Assembly: GCF_023055435.1 (NCBI RefSeq)
Contig: NW_025964223.1
Span: 35,650,001 to 35,714,000, forward strand
Direction of reading: 5' to 3'
Length of the DNA: 64,000 bases
Source: Haliotis rufescens
Lineage: Eukaryota
The position numbers were made by a program, and so were the translations under genes. Below the pieces are notes generated by a model. It did not search any database. It was not told the DNA's origin and saw only the letters and a program-made list of their open reading frames with translations. Numbering within the stretch: position 1 is the first letter of the stretch; every line of letters starts with the position of its first letter. Positions 11,901-23,607 of this stretch are shown here, in pieces.

Positions 11901-14900
11901 CAGCAGACATACAGGGACTACACAGTGACAGCAGGCATACAGGGACTACACAGTGACAGCAGACATACAGGACTACACAGTGACAGCAGACATACATGGA
12001 CTACACAGTGACAGCAGACATACAGGGGCTACACAGTGACAGCAGACATACAAAGGCTACACAGTGACAGGAGGCATACAGGGACTACACAGTGACAGCA
12101 GACATACAGGGCATATCCAGTGACAGCAGGCATACAGGGGCTACACAGTGACAGCAGACATTCAGAGACTACACAGTGACAGCAGACATACATGGTGTAT
12201 CCAGTGACAGCAGACATACAGGGTGTATCCAGGGACAGCAGACATACAGGGACTTCACAGTGACAGCAGACATACAGGGACTTCACAGTGAACACCAGAC
12301 ATACAGGGTGTATCCAGTGACATCAGAAATACAGGGCATATCCAGTGACAGACATACAGGGTGTATCCAGTGACACCAGACATACAGGGTGTATCCAGTG
12401 ACACCAGACATACAGGGGCTACACAGTTACAGCAGACATACAGGGGCTACACAGTTACCCAAGATGTACAGGGTGTATCCAGTGACATCAGACATACAGG
12501 GACTACACAGTGACAGCAGACATACAGGGTGTATCCAGTGACAGCAGACATACATGGTGTATCCAGTGTCAGCAGATGTACAGGGACTACACAGTGACAG
12601 CAGACGTACAGGGTGTATCCAGTGACAGGAGACATACAGGGACTACACAGTGACAGCAGACATACAGGGACTACACAGTGACAGCAGACATACAGGGGCT
12701 ACATAGTGACAGCAGACATACAAGGGCTACACAGTGACAGCAGACATACAGGGTGTATAGAGTGACAGCAGACATACAGGCACTACACAGTGACAGCAGA
12801 CATACAGGGTGTATACAGTGACAGCAGACATACAGGGACTACACAGTGACAGCAGACATACAGGGGCTACACAGTGACAGCAGACATACAAAGGCTACAC
12901 AGTGAACACTAGACGTACAGTTTGTATCCAGTGACATCAGATGTACAGGGTGTATCAAGTGACACTAGATATACAGGATGTATCAAGTGACAGCAGACAT
13001 ACAGGGACTACACAGTGACAGCAGGCATACAGGGACTACACAGTGACAGCAAGCATACAAAGGCTACACAGTGACAGCAGACATACAAAGGCTACACAGT
13101 GAGAGCAGGCATACAGGGACTACACAGTGACAGCAGACATACAGGACTACACAGTGACAGCAGACATACAGGGACTACACAGTGACAGCAGACATACAAA
13201 GGCTACACAGTGACAGCAGACATACAAAGGCTACACAGTGACAGGAGGCATACAGGGACTACACAGTGACAGCAGACATACAGGGACTACACAGTGACAG
13301 CAGGCATACAGGGGCTACACAGTGACAGCAGACATTCAGAGACTACACAGTGACAGCAGACATACATGGTGTATCCAGTGACAGCAGACATACAGGGTGT
13401 ATCCAGGGACAGCAGACATACAGGGACTTCACAGTGACAGCAGACATACAGGGACTTCACAGTGAACACCAGACATACAGGGTGTATCCAGTGACATCAG
13501 AAATACAGGGCATATCCAGTGACAGACATACAGGGTGTATCCAGTGACACCAGACATACAGGGTGTATCCAGTGACACCAGACATACAGGGGCTACACAG
13601 TTACAGCAGACATACAGGGGCTACACAGTGACCCAAGACGTACAGGGTGTATCCAGTGACATCAGACATACAGGGACTACACAGTGACAGCAGACATACA
13701 GGGTGTATCCAGTGACAGCAGACATACATGGTGTATCCAGTGACAGCAGATGTACAGGGACTACACAGTGACAGCAGACGTACAGGGTGTATCCAGTGAC
13801 AGGAGACATACAGGGACTACACAGTGACAGCAGACATACAGGGACTACACAGTGACAGCAGACATACAGGGGCTACATAGTGACAGCAGACATACAAGGG
13901 CTACACAGTGACAGCAGACATACAGGGTGTATACAGTGAAAGCAGACATACAGGGACTACACAGTGACAGCAGACATACAGGGTGTATACAGTGACAGCA
14001 GACATACAGGGACTACACAGTGACAGCAGACATACAGGGGCTACACAGTGACAGCAGACATACAAAGGCTACACAGTGACAGCAGACATACAGGGGCTAC
14101 ACAGTGACAGCAGACATACAAAGGCTACACAGTGAACACTAGACGTACAGTTTGTATCCAGTGACATCAGATGTACAGGGTGTATCAAGTGACACCAGAT
14201 ATACAGGATGTATCAAGTGACAGCAGACATACAGGGACTACACAGTGACAGCAGACATACAGGGACTACACAGTGACAGCAGACATACAGGGGCTACACA
14301 GTGACCCAAGACATACAGGGTGTATCCAGTGACATCAGACATACAGGGACTACACAGTGACAGCAGACATACAGGGTGTATCCGATGACAGCAGACATAC
14401 ATGGTGTATCCAGTGACAGCAGATGTACAGGGACTACACAGTGACAGCAGACATACATGGACTACACAGTGACAGGAGACATACAAAGGCTACACAGTGA
14501 CAGTAGGCATACAGGGACTACACAGTGACAGCAGACATACAGGGACTACACAGTGACAGCAGACATACATGGACTACACAGTGACAGCAGGCATACAGGG
14601 ACTACACAGTGACAGCAAGCATACAAAGGCTACACAGTGACAGCAGACATACAAAGGCTACACAGTGACAGCAGGCATACAGGGACTACACAGTGACAGG
14701 AGACATACAAAGGCTACACAGTGACAGTAGGCATACAGGGACTACACAGTGACAGCAGACATACAGGGACTACACAGTGACAGCAGACATACATGGACTA
14801 CACAGTGACAGCAGGCATACAGGGACTACACAGTGACAGCAAGCATACAAAGGCTACACAGTGACAGCAGACATACAAAGGCTACACAGTGACAGCAGGC

Positions 14901-16298
14901 ATACAGGGACTACACAGTGACAGCAGACATACAGGACTACACAGTGACAGCAGACATACATGGACTACACAGTGACAGCAGACATACAAAGGCTACACAG
15001 TGACAGCAGACATACAAAGGCTACACAGTGACAGGAGGCATACAGGGACTACACAGTGACAGCAGACATACAGGGACTACACAGTGACAGCTGGCATACA
15101 GGGGCTGCACAGTGACAGCAGACATTCAGAGACCACACAGTGACAGCAGACATATAGGGACTACACAGTGACAGGGGGCATACAGGGACTACACAGTGAC
15201 AGCAGACATACATGGACTACACAGTGACAGCAGACATACAGGGACTACACAGTGACAGTAGACATACAAAGGTTACACAGTGACAGCAGGCATACAGGGA
15301 CTACACAGTGACAGCAGACATACAGGGACTACACAGTGACAGCAGACATACAGGGACTACACAGTTACAGCAGACATACAAAGGCTACACAGTGACAGCA
15401 GGCATACAGGGACTACACAGTGACAGCAGACATACAGGGACTACACAGTGACAGCAGACATACAGGGACTACACAGTGACAGCAGGCATACAGGGACTAC
15501 ACAGTGACAGCAGACATACAAAGGCTACACAGTGACAGCAGGCATACAGGGACTACACAGTGACAGCAGACATACATGGACTTGAAGTGACAGCAGGCAT
15601 ACAGGGACTACACAGTGACAGCAGGCATACAAAGGCTACACAGTGACAGCAGACATACAAAGGCTACACAGTGACAGCAGGCATACAGGGACTACACAGT
15701 GACAGCAGACATACAGGACTACACAGTGACAGCAGACATACATGGACTACACAGTGACAGCAGACATACAAAGGCTACACAGTGACAGCAGACATACAAA
15801 GGCTACACAGTGACAGGGGGCATACAGGGACTACACAGTGACAGCAGACATACAGGGACTACACAGTGACAGCAGGCATACAGGGGCTACACAGTGACAG
15901 CAGACATTCAGAGACTACACAGTGACAGCAGACATACAGGGACTACACAGTGACAGCAGACATACAGGGGCTACACAGTGAAAGCAGACATACAGGGACT
16001 ACACAGTGACAGCAGACATACAGGGACTACACAGTGACAGCAGACATACATGGACTACACAGTGACAGCAGACATACATGGACTACACAGTGACAGCAGA
16101 CATACAAAGGCTACACAGTGACAGCAGGCATACAGGGACTACACAGTGACAGCAGACATACAGGGACTACACAGTGACAGCAGACATACAGGGACTACAC
16201 AGTGACAGCAGACATACAGGGACTACACAGTGACAGCAGGCATACAGGGACTACACAGTGACAGAAGACATACAAAGGCTACACAGTGACAGCAGACA
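8917..16298. repeat. 28-bp minisatellite, about 260 units, two unit types, with higher-order blocks
   Basis: Type A acagcagacatacagggactacacagtg and type B acaccagacatacagggtgtatccagtg. A marker variant recurs at about 10820, 11461, 12326 and 13500. Confidence 0.97.
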
Positions 16299-16590
16299 CA
16301 ACTCTATATGTATACTTAAGATGTTTATATAGATATATCTATCTATATATATATACACAGGGTGCAGACATACTGATATATATACTGATACAACCTATTG
16401 CAAATTCTCTCTCTCTTTGATCCCATAAAAATGAATTCAAAATGTACCCCTCCACCAGGGGATGCTCACCACCAGGTAGCTAATCAGTTATCTTTCCTTG
16501 AACCGCCAATTACCTCTCATCTGAAAACCTTCAGATGGAGGAAAGAGGCCAGATCTTAGAGCAGTTGTAAGGAAGGTACAGAATTAGGAT

Positions 16591-19500
16591 TTGCGACTGT
16601 GCCATTGGAATTGTGCTGGTTGGTCCACAAAAAGTAACGAAAACTCTATTTTCAGAGAAAATCTTATCAAGGCTAGTGAATATGATATCATTTCCCTCTG
16701 TGAAACTTTTTTACGCGACGATGAACAAATACAAGTTGAGGGTTATAAATGGTTCGGTCATAATAGAAAACAAGTCGACAAGAAAGCTAAACGGGGCTCA
16801 GGAGGCGTAGGATTCCTTATCAAGAACAGCTTAACCAAAGTGTTCAAAATATCAGTTTTAGATGATACAATTGAAGATATTTTATGGCTAAAATTAGAAG
16901 CCCGTGACATCACCCTCTGTGCATGTGCGTGCTATCTCCCACCTGCAGGATCATCTCGTGCAAGGGACCCGGATCTGTTCTTCAGTGACTTGCTACACCA
17001 GGTGTACACATATCAGAATGAAGGTATCTTGTGTGTGTGTGGTGATTTCAATGCTAGATGTGGAATTCAAATGGATTACATTGAGGGAGTGGACAAAATA
17101 CACCCCAGGTCAGTCATTGATTGCAATGAGAATAGCTATGGAGCTATGTTTATCGACTTCCTTTGTGATGTCAACTTCTGTATGTTGAACGGGAGGGTTG
17201 GTGACAGTAACGACTTTACGTATGTGTGCACTACAGGGCGATCGGTCGTTGACTATGTTGTAGTACCGCACGAGCACATTTGTCACTTCACAGAATTTAA
17301 AGTTAAACCTATGTCAAGTATTATATCTATGCTTAATATTCCTGTGCCTGACAAAATCCCAGATCATTCTGTGCTCAAATTCAAAGTTGCTATCAATGTT
17401 TTTGATCGGTACACTGTTGGTATTGCCCCAGACCGGCCTGAGAGACCCGCTCATAGACCAGATACCCCTTACGATTTCTTGATATCTCAGGACGATGTGG
17501 TTAGTTTACAAGACTGTATCAAACGCATTGAGTCCAGTTTGAATGCACACAATCGTCTTAATGAAGCTTACGACAGATTCACATCTCTTATCCAACACAA
17601 GCTTAACAAATGCGCAAAACCTAAACCGGTTAATAATCATAATGTTAAAAAACGTAAACCATATTGGAACGACGAGTTAAGCGTCTGTGGACACTAACAT
17701 GCGCTCGAGAAAGGGAGTGGTTAGCATGTAGATCACCAGGCGTGAAAAGAGCCAATCATCAGTTATATATCAGTCAGAGAAAATACTTTGATAAACTACA
17801 TAGAAAATATATACGTTCCTATCAGCTAGAAAAGCAGAAGAAACTGACAGACTCGTTTGATAATACTGACACAAGAGATTTCTGGAAGATGATTGGTAGA
17901 TTAGGTGTAGCTAACGACCGTACAGGTAAGTTGCCCTTTGAGGTCAGAGACACCGAAGGAAATATTGTTTGTGATACTAGTTCTGTCCTTGAAAGATGGA
18001 AGGATGACTTTGAGAATTTATACGGTTACGACCCACACCCTGATAGAAATTTTGATAATGAACACCTGGATAATATAGTGCAAGAATTATCCAATTTTGT
18101 TATAACAAAGGAAGATAAAACAAACTGTGATCCCTTGAACGTCCCTATAACGTTGGTGGAAGTAGAGAAAGCAATAGAACTCGCTAAATCCAGAAAGGCG
18201 GCGGGTATTGATAATCTTCCTGCTGAGTGTCTGAAAAACCCTGTCTGCGTTGACATATTGTTTAAAATAATGACTCATTGTTTTAATAATGGTGTAGTAC
18301 CTGATGCATGGCAACAGAGTATCATTAATCCTATTGCTAAATCTGACACCGATGTACACAATCCTCTGTCATACAGGGGTATCTCTCTTATTTCAGTACC
18401 CTGTAAAATTTATTGTGACATTCTAAATGCCAGATTGAGTGAGTGGTGCGAAAGAAATAATATTTTAGCTGAGGAGCAAAATGGCTTCAGGAAAAAAAGG
18501 AGCTGTTTGGATCACCTCTACAGCATTTGTACAATAATCAAAAATAGAAAACAATCAAAATTATCAACATTTTGCTGTTTTATTGACATGAAAAAGGCGT
18601 TCGATAATGTAAACAGAGATTGTTTATGGTTTAAAATATTAAAAAATGGTATAAACGGAAAAATGTTTGAAGCTGTTAAAAGTTTATATAGCAATGTGAA
18701 GTGCACTGTGAGAGTAAATGGTCTGTTTACACCCTGGTTTAAGGCACCACGGGGACTAAAGCAAGGATGCCTTGTCTCTCCATTATTGTTCTCTATTTAC
18801 ATCAACGACCTGGCGGCCAATATAAAAAGCATGAACTGTGGTGTTGATATAAATGATTTAAATATTGGTATTATGTTATATGCTGATGATATTTTATTAT
18901 TGGCGCCCACGGAGGACAAACTGCAAAATATGTTAAACGTGGTCAATGAATGGTGTCAAAAGTGGAGACTTACAGTTAATCCTACAAAAACTAAGATTGT
19001 TCATTTTAGGCCTACCAATACAAATTGCTCCACAACCAACTTCTCAATTGGAGAAACTCTTTTGAAGTATAGTAATAATTATAAATACCTTGGTTTGTGG
19101 CTTAACGAACACATGGACTTTAAGTTCACAATAAATGAACTGGCTAAATCGGCAAGTCGAGCTTTTGGTGTTTTATGTACAAAATATTTTGATGCTGGTG
19201 GTTTTACTTATGCAATTTACACTAAATTGTATGAATCCTTGGTTCAGCCTATTATGCAATATGGTGCTTCCATCTGGGGATTGTATGAACAAAAAAAGTT
19301 AAACACTCTGCAAAACAAAGCATGTAAATTTTTTCTTGGCCTTAGACGTAATGCGTCAAATGTCGCCGCCAGGGGAGACATGGGTTGGAAATCATGTGTC
19401 ACTAAGCAACGCATAGAAGTATTTCGCTTATTCTTCCGCCTTAACAGTATCGAAATTACAAGATTGCCCCGTGTCATTCATGCTTGGTCAAGTAAAAGAG

Positions 19501-20210
19501 GGCGCTCATGGGAAAAGGAGGTTTACAAGCTAGCTAGAAACTTAAACGTCGTCGACTTGATCGATGTCCATTTGATGACACGTGGCCAGTTCACTCTCAT
19601 TAAGCAAAAATTATTTCAAGTGGATGAAACTGCCTGGTTTTCAGAGCTGTGGAATGATGCTAATAACCCTAATGGTAATAAGCTGAGGACCTATAGATTG
19701 CTTAAGAAGGATCTAGTGCCTGAGCCCTATGTCTTATCAAACTATATCCATAGAAACACCAGAAAATATTTGGCACTTTTACGCAGTGGCAGCCTCCCCA
19801 TTAACATTGAAAAAATGAGGTACAGTCGTCCCCCTATCCCCCTTCAGGATAGAACTTGCCCTTTTTGTTTTAACTCAGTAGAGACTGAGGTCCACTTCTT
19901 AATTGATTGTAAGATGTATGATGATTTACGTTATGATGTAATGAACGATATGTGTGAATGTATGCCAGATTTTAAAAACTTATCTTCAACCGAGAAATTT
20001 ATATCATTACTCAGATGTGAACTCGGGTGTTATACTCTTTGTAAGCTAATTGATCAAATGTTCCAAAGACGCTTGGTGTTTTATGTACAAAATATTTTGA
20101 TGCTGGTGGTTTTACTTATGCAATTTACACTAAATTGTATGAATCCTTGGTTCAGCCTATTATGCAATATGGTGCTTCCATCTGGGGATTGTATGAACAA
20201 AAAAAGTTAA
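16591..20210 (+). pseudogene. LINE ORF2 (AP endonuclease, reverse transcriptase, C-terminal CCHC) with one frameshift near 17683 and a rearranged 3' end
   Basis: EN motifs WNC, LCETF, GGVG, YLPP, GDFNAR, VDY, PDH. RT motifs YRGISL, QNGFR, DMKKAFD, GLKQGCLVSP, YADD, YKYLG. C-terminal KLRTY...CPFC...ETEVHFLIDC. Confidence 0.92.
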
Positions 20211-20369
20211 ACACTCTGCAAAACAAAGCATGTAAATTTTTTCTTGGCCTTAGACGTAATGCGTCAAATGTCGCCGCCAGGGGAGACATGGGTTGGAAAT
20301 CATGTGTCACTAAGCAACGCATAGAAGTATTTCGCTTATTCTTCCGCCTGTATAATCTACGTATGGTAT

Positions 20370-20585
20370 ATGTGTACGTGTGTGCGTAGTGCGTGTGTGT
20401 GTGTGTGTGGGGGGGTTATAATGTACGTAGGGTATGTATGTGTGAGTGCGTGTGTCTGTGTGTGCGTGTGTGTGTGCATGATATGGTGGGGTGTGTGTGT
20501 GTGTACCTACGTGTTTGTGTATGATTGTGTGCGTGACTTTATAAGTAATTTGGCGTGTGAGTGTGAGTGTGCGTGCGTGCGTGTT
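20370..20585. repeat. Imperfect (GT)n microsatellite in the LINE 3' UTR
   Basis: gtgtgt/gtgcgt runs. Confidence 0.85.
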
Positions 20586-21099
20586 CATAACCCAACCTTA
20601 ATTTTAAACATTGTGTTAGTATATGTCTTATTTTACCTTACCCAGATCATGACGTTATAATTTGCTTTTATGTCTAGTGTCTCGTAGGCCATACCTGGTC
20701 GGATGTTATATTTTACTGTTCATGTACATGTTTTAGTATGAAGTGTATATAACATGTGACACTATAATAAACATTATTCTCTCTCTCTCTCTCTGTATCA
20801 GGAGAAGTATAATAATAACATAAACATTCTATTCAGGTAAATTATTTCTTATCCTGATACAACATATTGCAAAATGAACCCACAGTTTGTGGAGGTGTCT
20901 GTAGGATTAAGTCATGTTCTAGATCTAGGCTGACGCGCCTTTGTTCATTAATCCCATATCACCAGTCACATCTTTCCCTCACAATATTTATTGACAAACC
21001 ACATGACATAACACAAAATATCGGGTAAAACTGAAGTTCAATTGTTTCTACATGCATGCTGGCCTGTCAACTTCTGCACTAACACCAGTGATCGAAACT

Positions 21100-22750
21100 G
21101 GTATCTCTTAACCAAAACATCAAGGTATTCAAAGGTGTGCACCTCGCCAAGCATACTGCCATGGCAAAAACAATATGAATTACAGTTTTCTGGGAAAGAA
21201 AATGTATTGACGCTGCTGCTCATGACACATAGGGATTAGTGGGTAAATGTCGTTATAACACACTCACATCGGATGCATTTTGAACTGGTGCTTCTGATCT
21301 TCAAGGTGAAAGCTCTTAAGCATTGCCATTATCTCTAGAGAAGTACTCTCCATATGCTGCCAACTGTGAGTGCATAGCCACTACAAATGTACCAATGGCA
21401 GCTCTCTGCAACTTGCAAGTGGGATTGATTCCCGTCTTCAGACTGCACACCATTTAGAGTAACAGAATAACACTATTTAGAGTAACAGAGAAATCTAGAA
21501 CAATAAAGTCGTGCCTTCATTGCCAACCGTGCTGCCCTGTAAGAGAACCCTTTGGTCATTAACCCCCTTTGTTGATCAACCACACATGCAGAGCCAAAAG
21601 CCTGGATTTGCCTGCTTTGTATGTGGATTGATGAGGCAATACCTTAATCATGGCAGTAAGACATGAGATGGCAAGGGAAGCGGCATAATACTTAACTATA
21701 GGTCATTGTTGATGGTTGTGATGATCTTTTCATCACTTAATTTTCCCTGACAGAGCCCCAAACATGTGTGCATCCTTTTTAAAAGATGGCAATGATATGG
21801 GTAACAGCAACTCCTGTACTCAACATTAATTGCTGTCTTTGCTAACACCATGGCAGAGTGGTGAAAGCTTCGTCCAAAAAGTCAGCTGGCTGCAGTATCA
21901 TGCCTGGAGAGGTACTGTATGTTTCAGAATCAGTTGTGCCTCTTGAATGAGACTCAAATATGAGACTTAGACTTCTTTAGACCAGCAGATGCGGTGCTCA
22001 CTACGTTCACCACTCACACAAGGCAACTTTCAAAGTCCAACAATGTGAATTCCCGTCCTGTTAAGTGATATCTTTAAGGGGTGTCTCCGAGGGGCGACAG
22101 GAACCAGCCACATGTATGAAGACATACAGGGCCTGAACGGTGTAGGAGGCACCAACCTGTTGAAGGTGCTGTAGTAGTCATGGGAGCATACCCCTAAACT
22201 TAAGGCAGGCAGTTTAATTAAGTGGACAAAAAGTTAATGGAAGTATCTCGTAGTATTAGTACAAGTCATAGAAACGATCTCATGACTGTCTTCCACTGTC
22301 TGTAAAGATCCAGGTTATATTTGGTCTTTAGCAACCCATGCTTGTCATAAGAGGCAACTAACAGGGATCATGTGGTCAGACTCACTGACTTGGATGATGC
22401 ATGTCATTGTATCCCAATTGCGAATATCGATGTTCATGATGTCAATCACTGGATTGTCCAGTCCAGACTTGATTATTTAAAGACCGCTGTTATATATTCT
22501 CTTCAAATACACCTCTTCCTGTTCATGTGACAAGGATTCACTCTCTGCATCTGTGACGCTGAGAACAGTTGCTTCCTCTCTAAACTAGGCAGCCTGCATG
22601 TGGGTAGACTTTAAATTGTTGTGGTGGCATACCACACAAAAAGGCATTTACTTCACTGGAATATATCATCCAAGCTCTTGGTCTTCTCAGAAACTACCAA
22701 CTCCAAATCTGACACTGCTTTAACACATTCACAAAAATCTAACAATAGTA
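21100..22750 (-). mobile_element. Highly degenerate DIRS-like remnant (recombinase N-terminal region recognisable)
   Basis: Manual - strand translation gives LALHVWL...LMTKGFSYRAARLAMKAR...YSKW (about 21440-21600) and AMLKSFHLEDQKHQF (about 21270-21330), like the N-terminus of DIRS tyrosine recombinase. Boundaries approximate. Confidence 0.5.
22301..22495 (+). mobile_element. SINE fragment with Nin-domain-like core
   Basis: Contains aacccatgcttgtcataagaggcaactaa. Its 3' part is homologous to 59749-59905 (- strand); further short pieces at about 42052-42100 (+) and 42752-42806 (-). Confidence 0.65.
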
Positions 22751-22981
22751 ATCATTGTGTATAATTCTAAGAATACTACCTCTATTACATCATAGCCATA
22801 AATTCCTGTTTATGCTGAGAACCACAATACAAATTTAAATAAATGTTCAACAGACGTCCTCTTCACTGCCAAGGACCGGTGGGAACTGGTATCTAGCATC
22901 CCTTAGATATTTGGCTTTTGTGAAGTGGGAATACAAGGATTGTATGCAAAAGTTACCAAACGGAATATGTCTAATGACCTA

Positions 22982-23607
22982 CAGTCAAGTCTCGTTAATC
23001 CGACACTCGGCTTTATCCGAAACAAATGATGGGAACCGATTGATTCAGCGCTATTTAGTCCCGGTAATCCGACATTCTCGCACTCCGACTCCGACACACC
23101 TAATTTGCAACGAATTACTGAAATCACTCATTAATCAGTCTCGTTAATCCGACACAGTGGTCAGCGTACTCCGTGGTCATCTGCCCGCGAGTACACAACC
23201 CCGTGTTTTGACACGCACCGGCTGCAGAGATTAACTTTAACAATTAACACTAGATGCCGGGATCATAAAGAATTTCAAGCTTTATTATAAGAAACAAATG
23301 AAATTACACCTCGACAATGTTGATGCTGAAGGACCACCAGCCCTAGACGTCAAGCGAACAGGGGACTTTGAGAAATGTGCCTTCAAAATGTGAGAAACAG
23401 AAAACACTGACAGACTATTTTAAGTAGATGAAGCAAGTTGTTAAGACAGTAGCACTTGCAATTTACACGAGGAAACACACGGTTATTATCTATCGTGAAG
23501 ATGTCCGATTTTCGATCACAAATCACTTAATTTCGTTAATCCGACATACTCGTTAATCCGACACAATCATGTGCAACCAACGATGTCGGATTAACGAGAC
23601 TTGACTG
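22982..23607. mobile_element. Tc1/mariner-pogo-type MITE nested in DIRS copy 1
   Basis: TIR cagtcaagtctcgttaatccgaca / tgtcggattaacgagacttgactg, TA on both sides, subterminal cgttaatccgaca repeats. Confidence 0.92.

Larger units (their letters stand above)
16420..20794 (+). mobile_element. Non-LTR retrotransposon (LINE, APE-RT, RTEX-like), apparently 5'-truncated
   Basis: EN and RT ORFs, GT-microsatellite 3' UTR, then AATAAA and a (CT)n tail at about 20776-20794. 5' boundary approximate; clade call rests on the C-terminal motif only. Confidence 0.85.

Noticed and set aside
8888-14486. Dozens of Cys/Val-rich ORFs
   Set aside because: They are translations of the 28-bp minisatellite and lack gene structure.
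20135-20660. Short ORFs after the LINE RT
   Set aside because: They come from the duplicated 277-bp segment and the GT microsatellite.
16385-20873. ctgatacaac(c/a)tattgcaaa or (CT)n as the LINE target-site duplication
   Set aside because: The second 20-mer lies about 60 bp beyond the tail and (CT)n is low complexity, so no TSD can be assigned.
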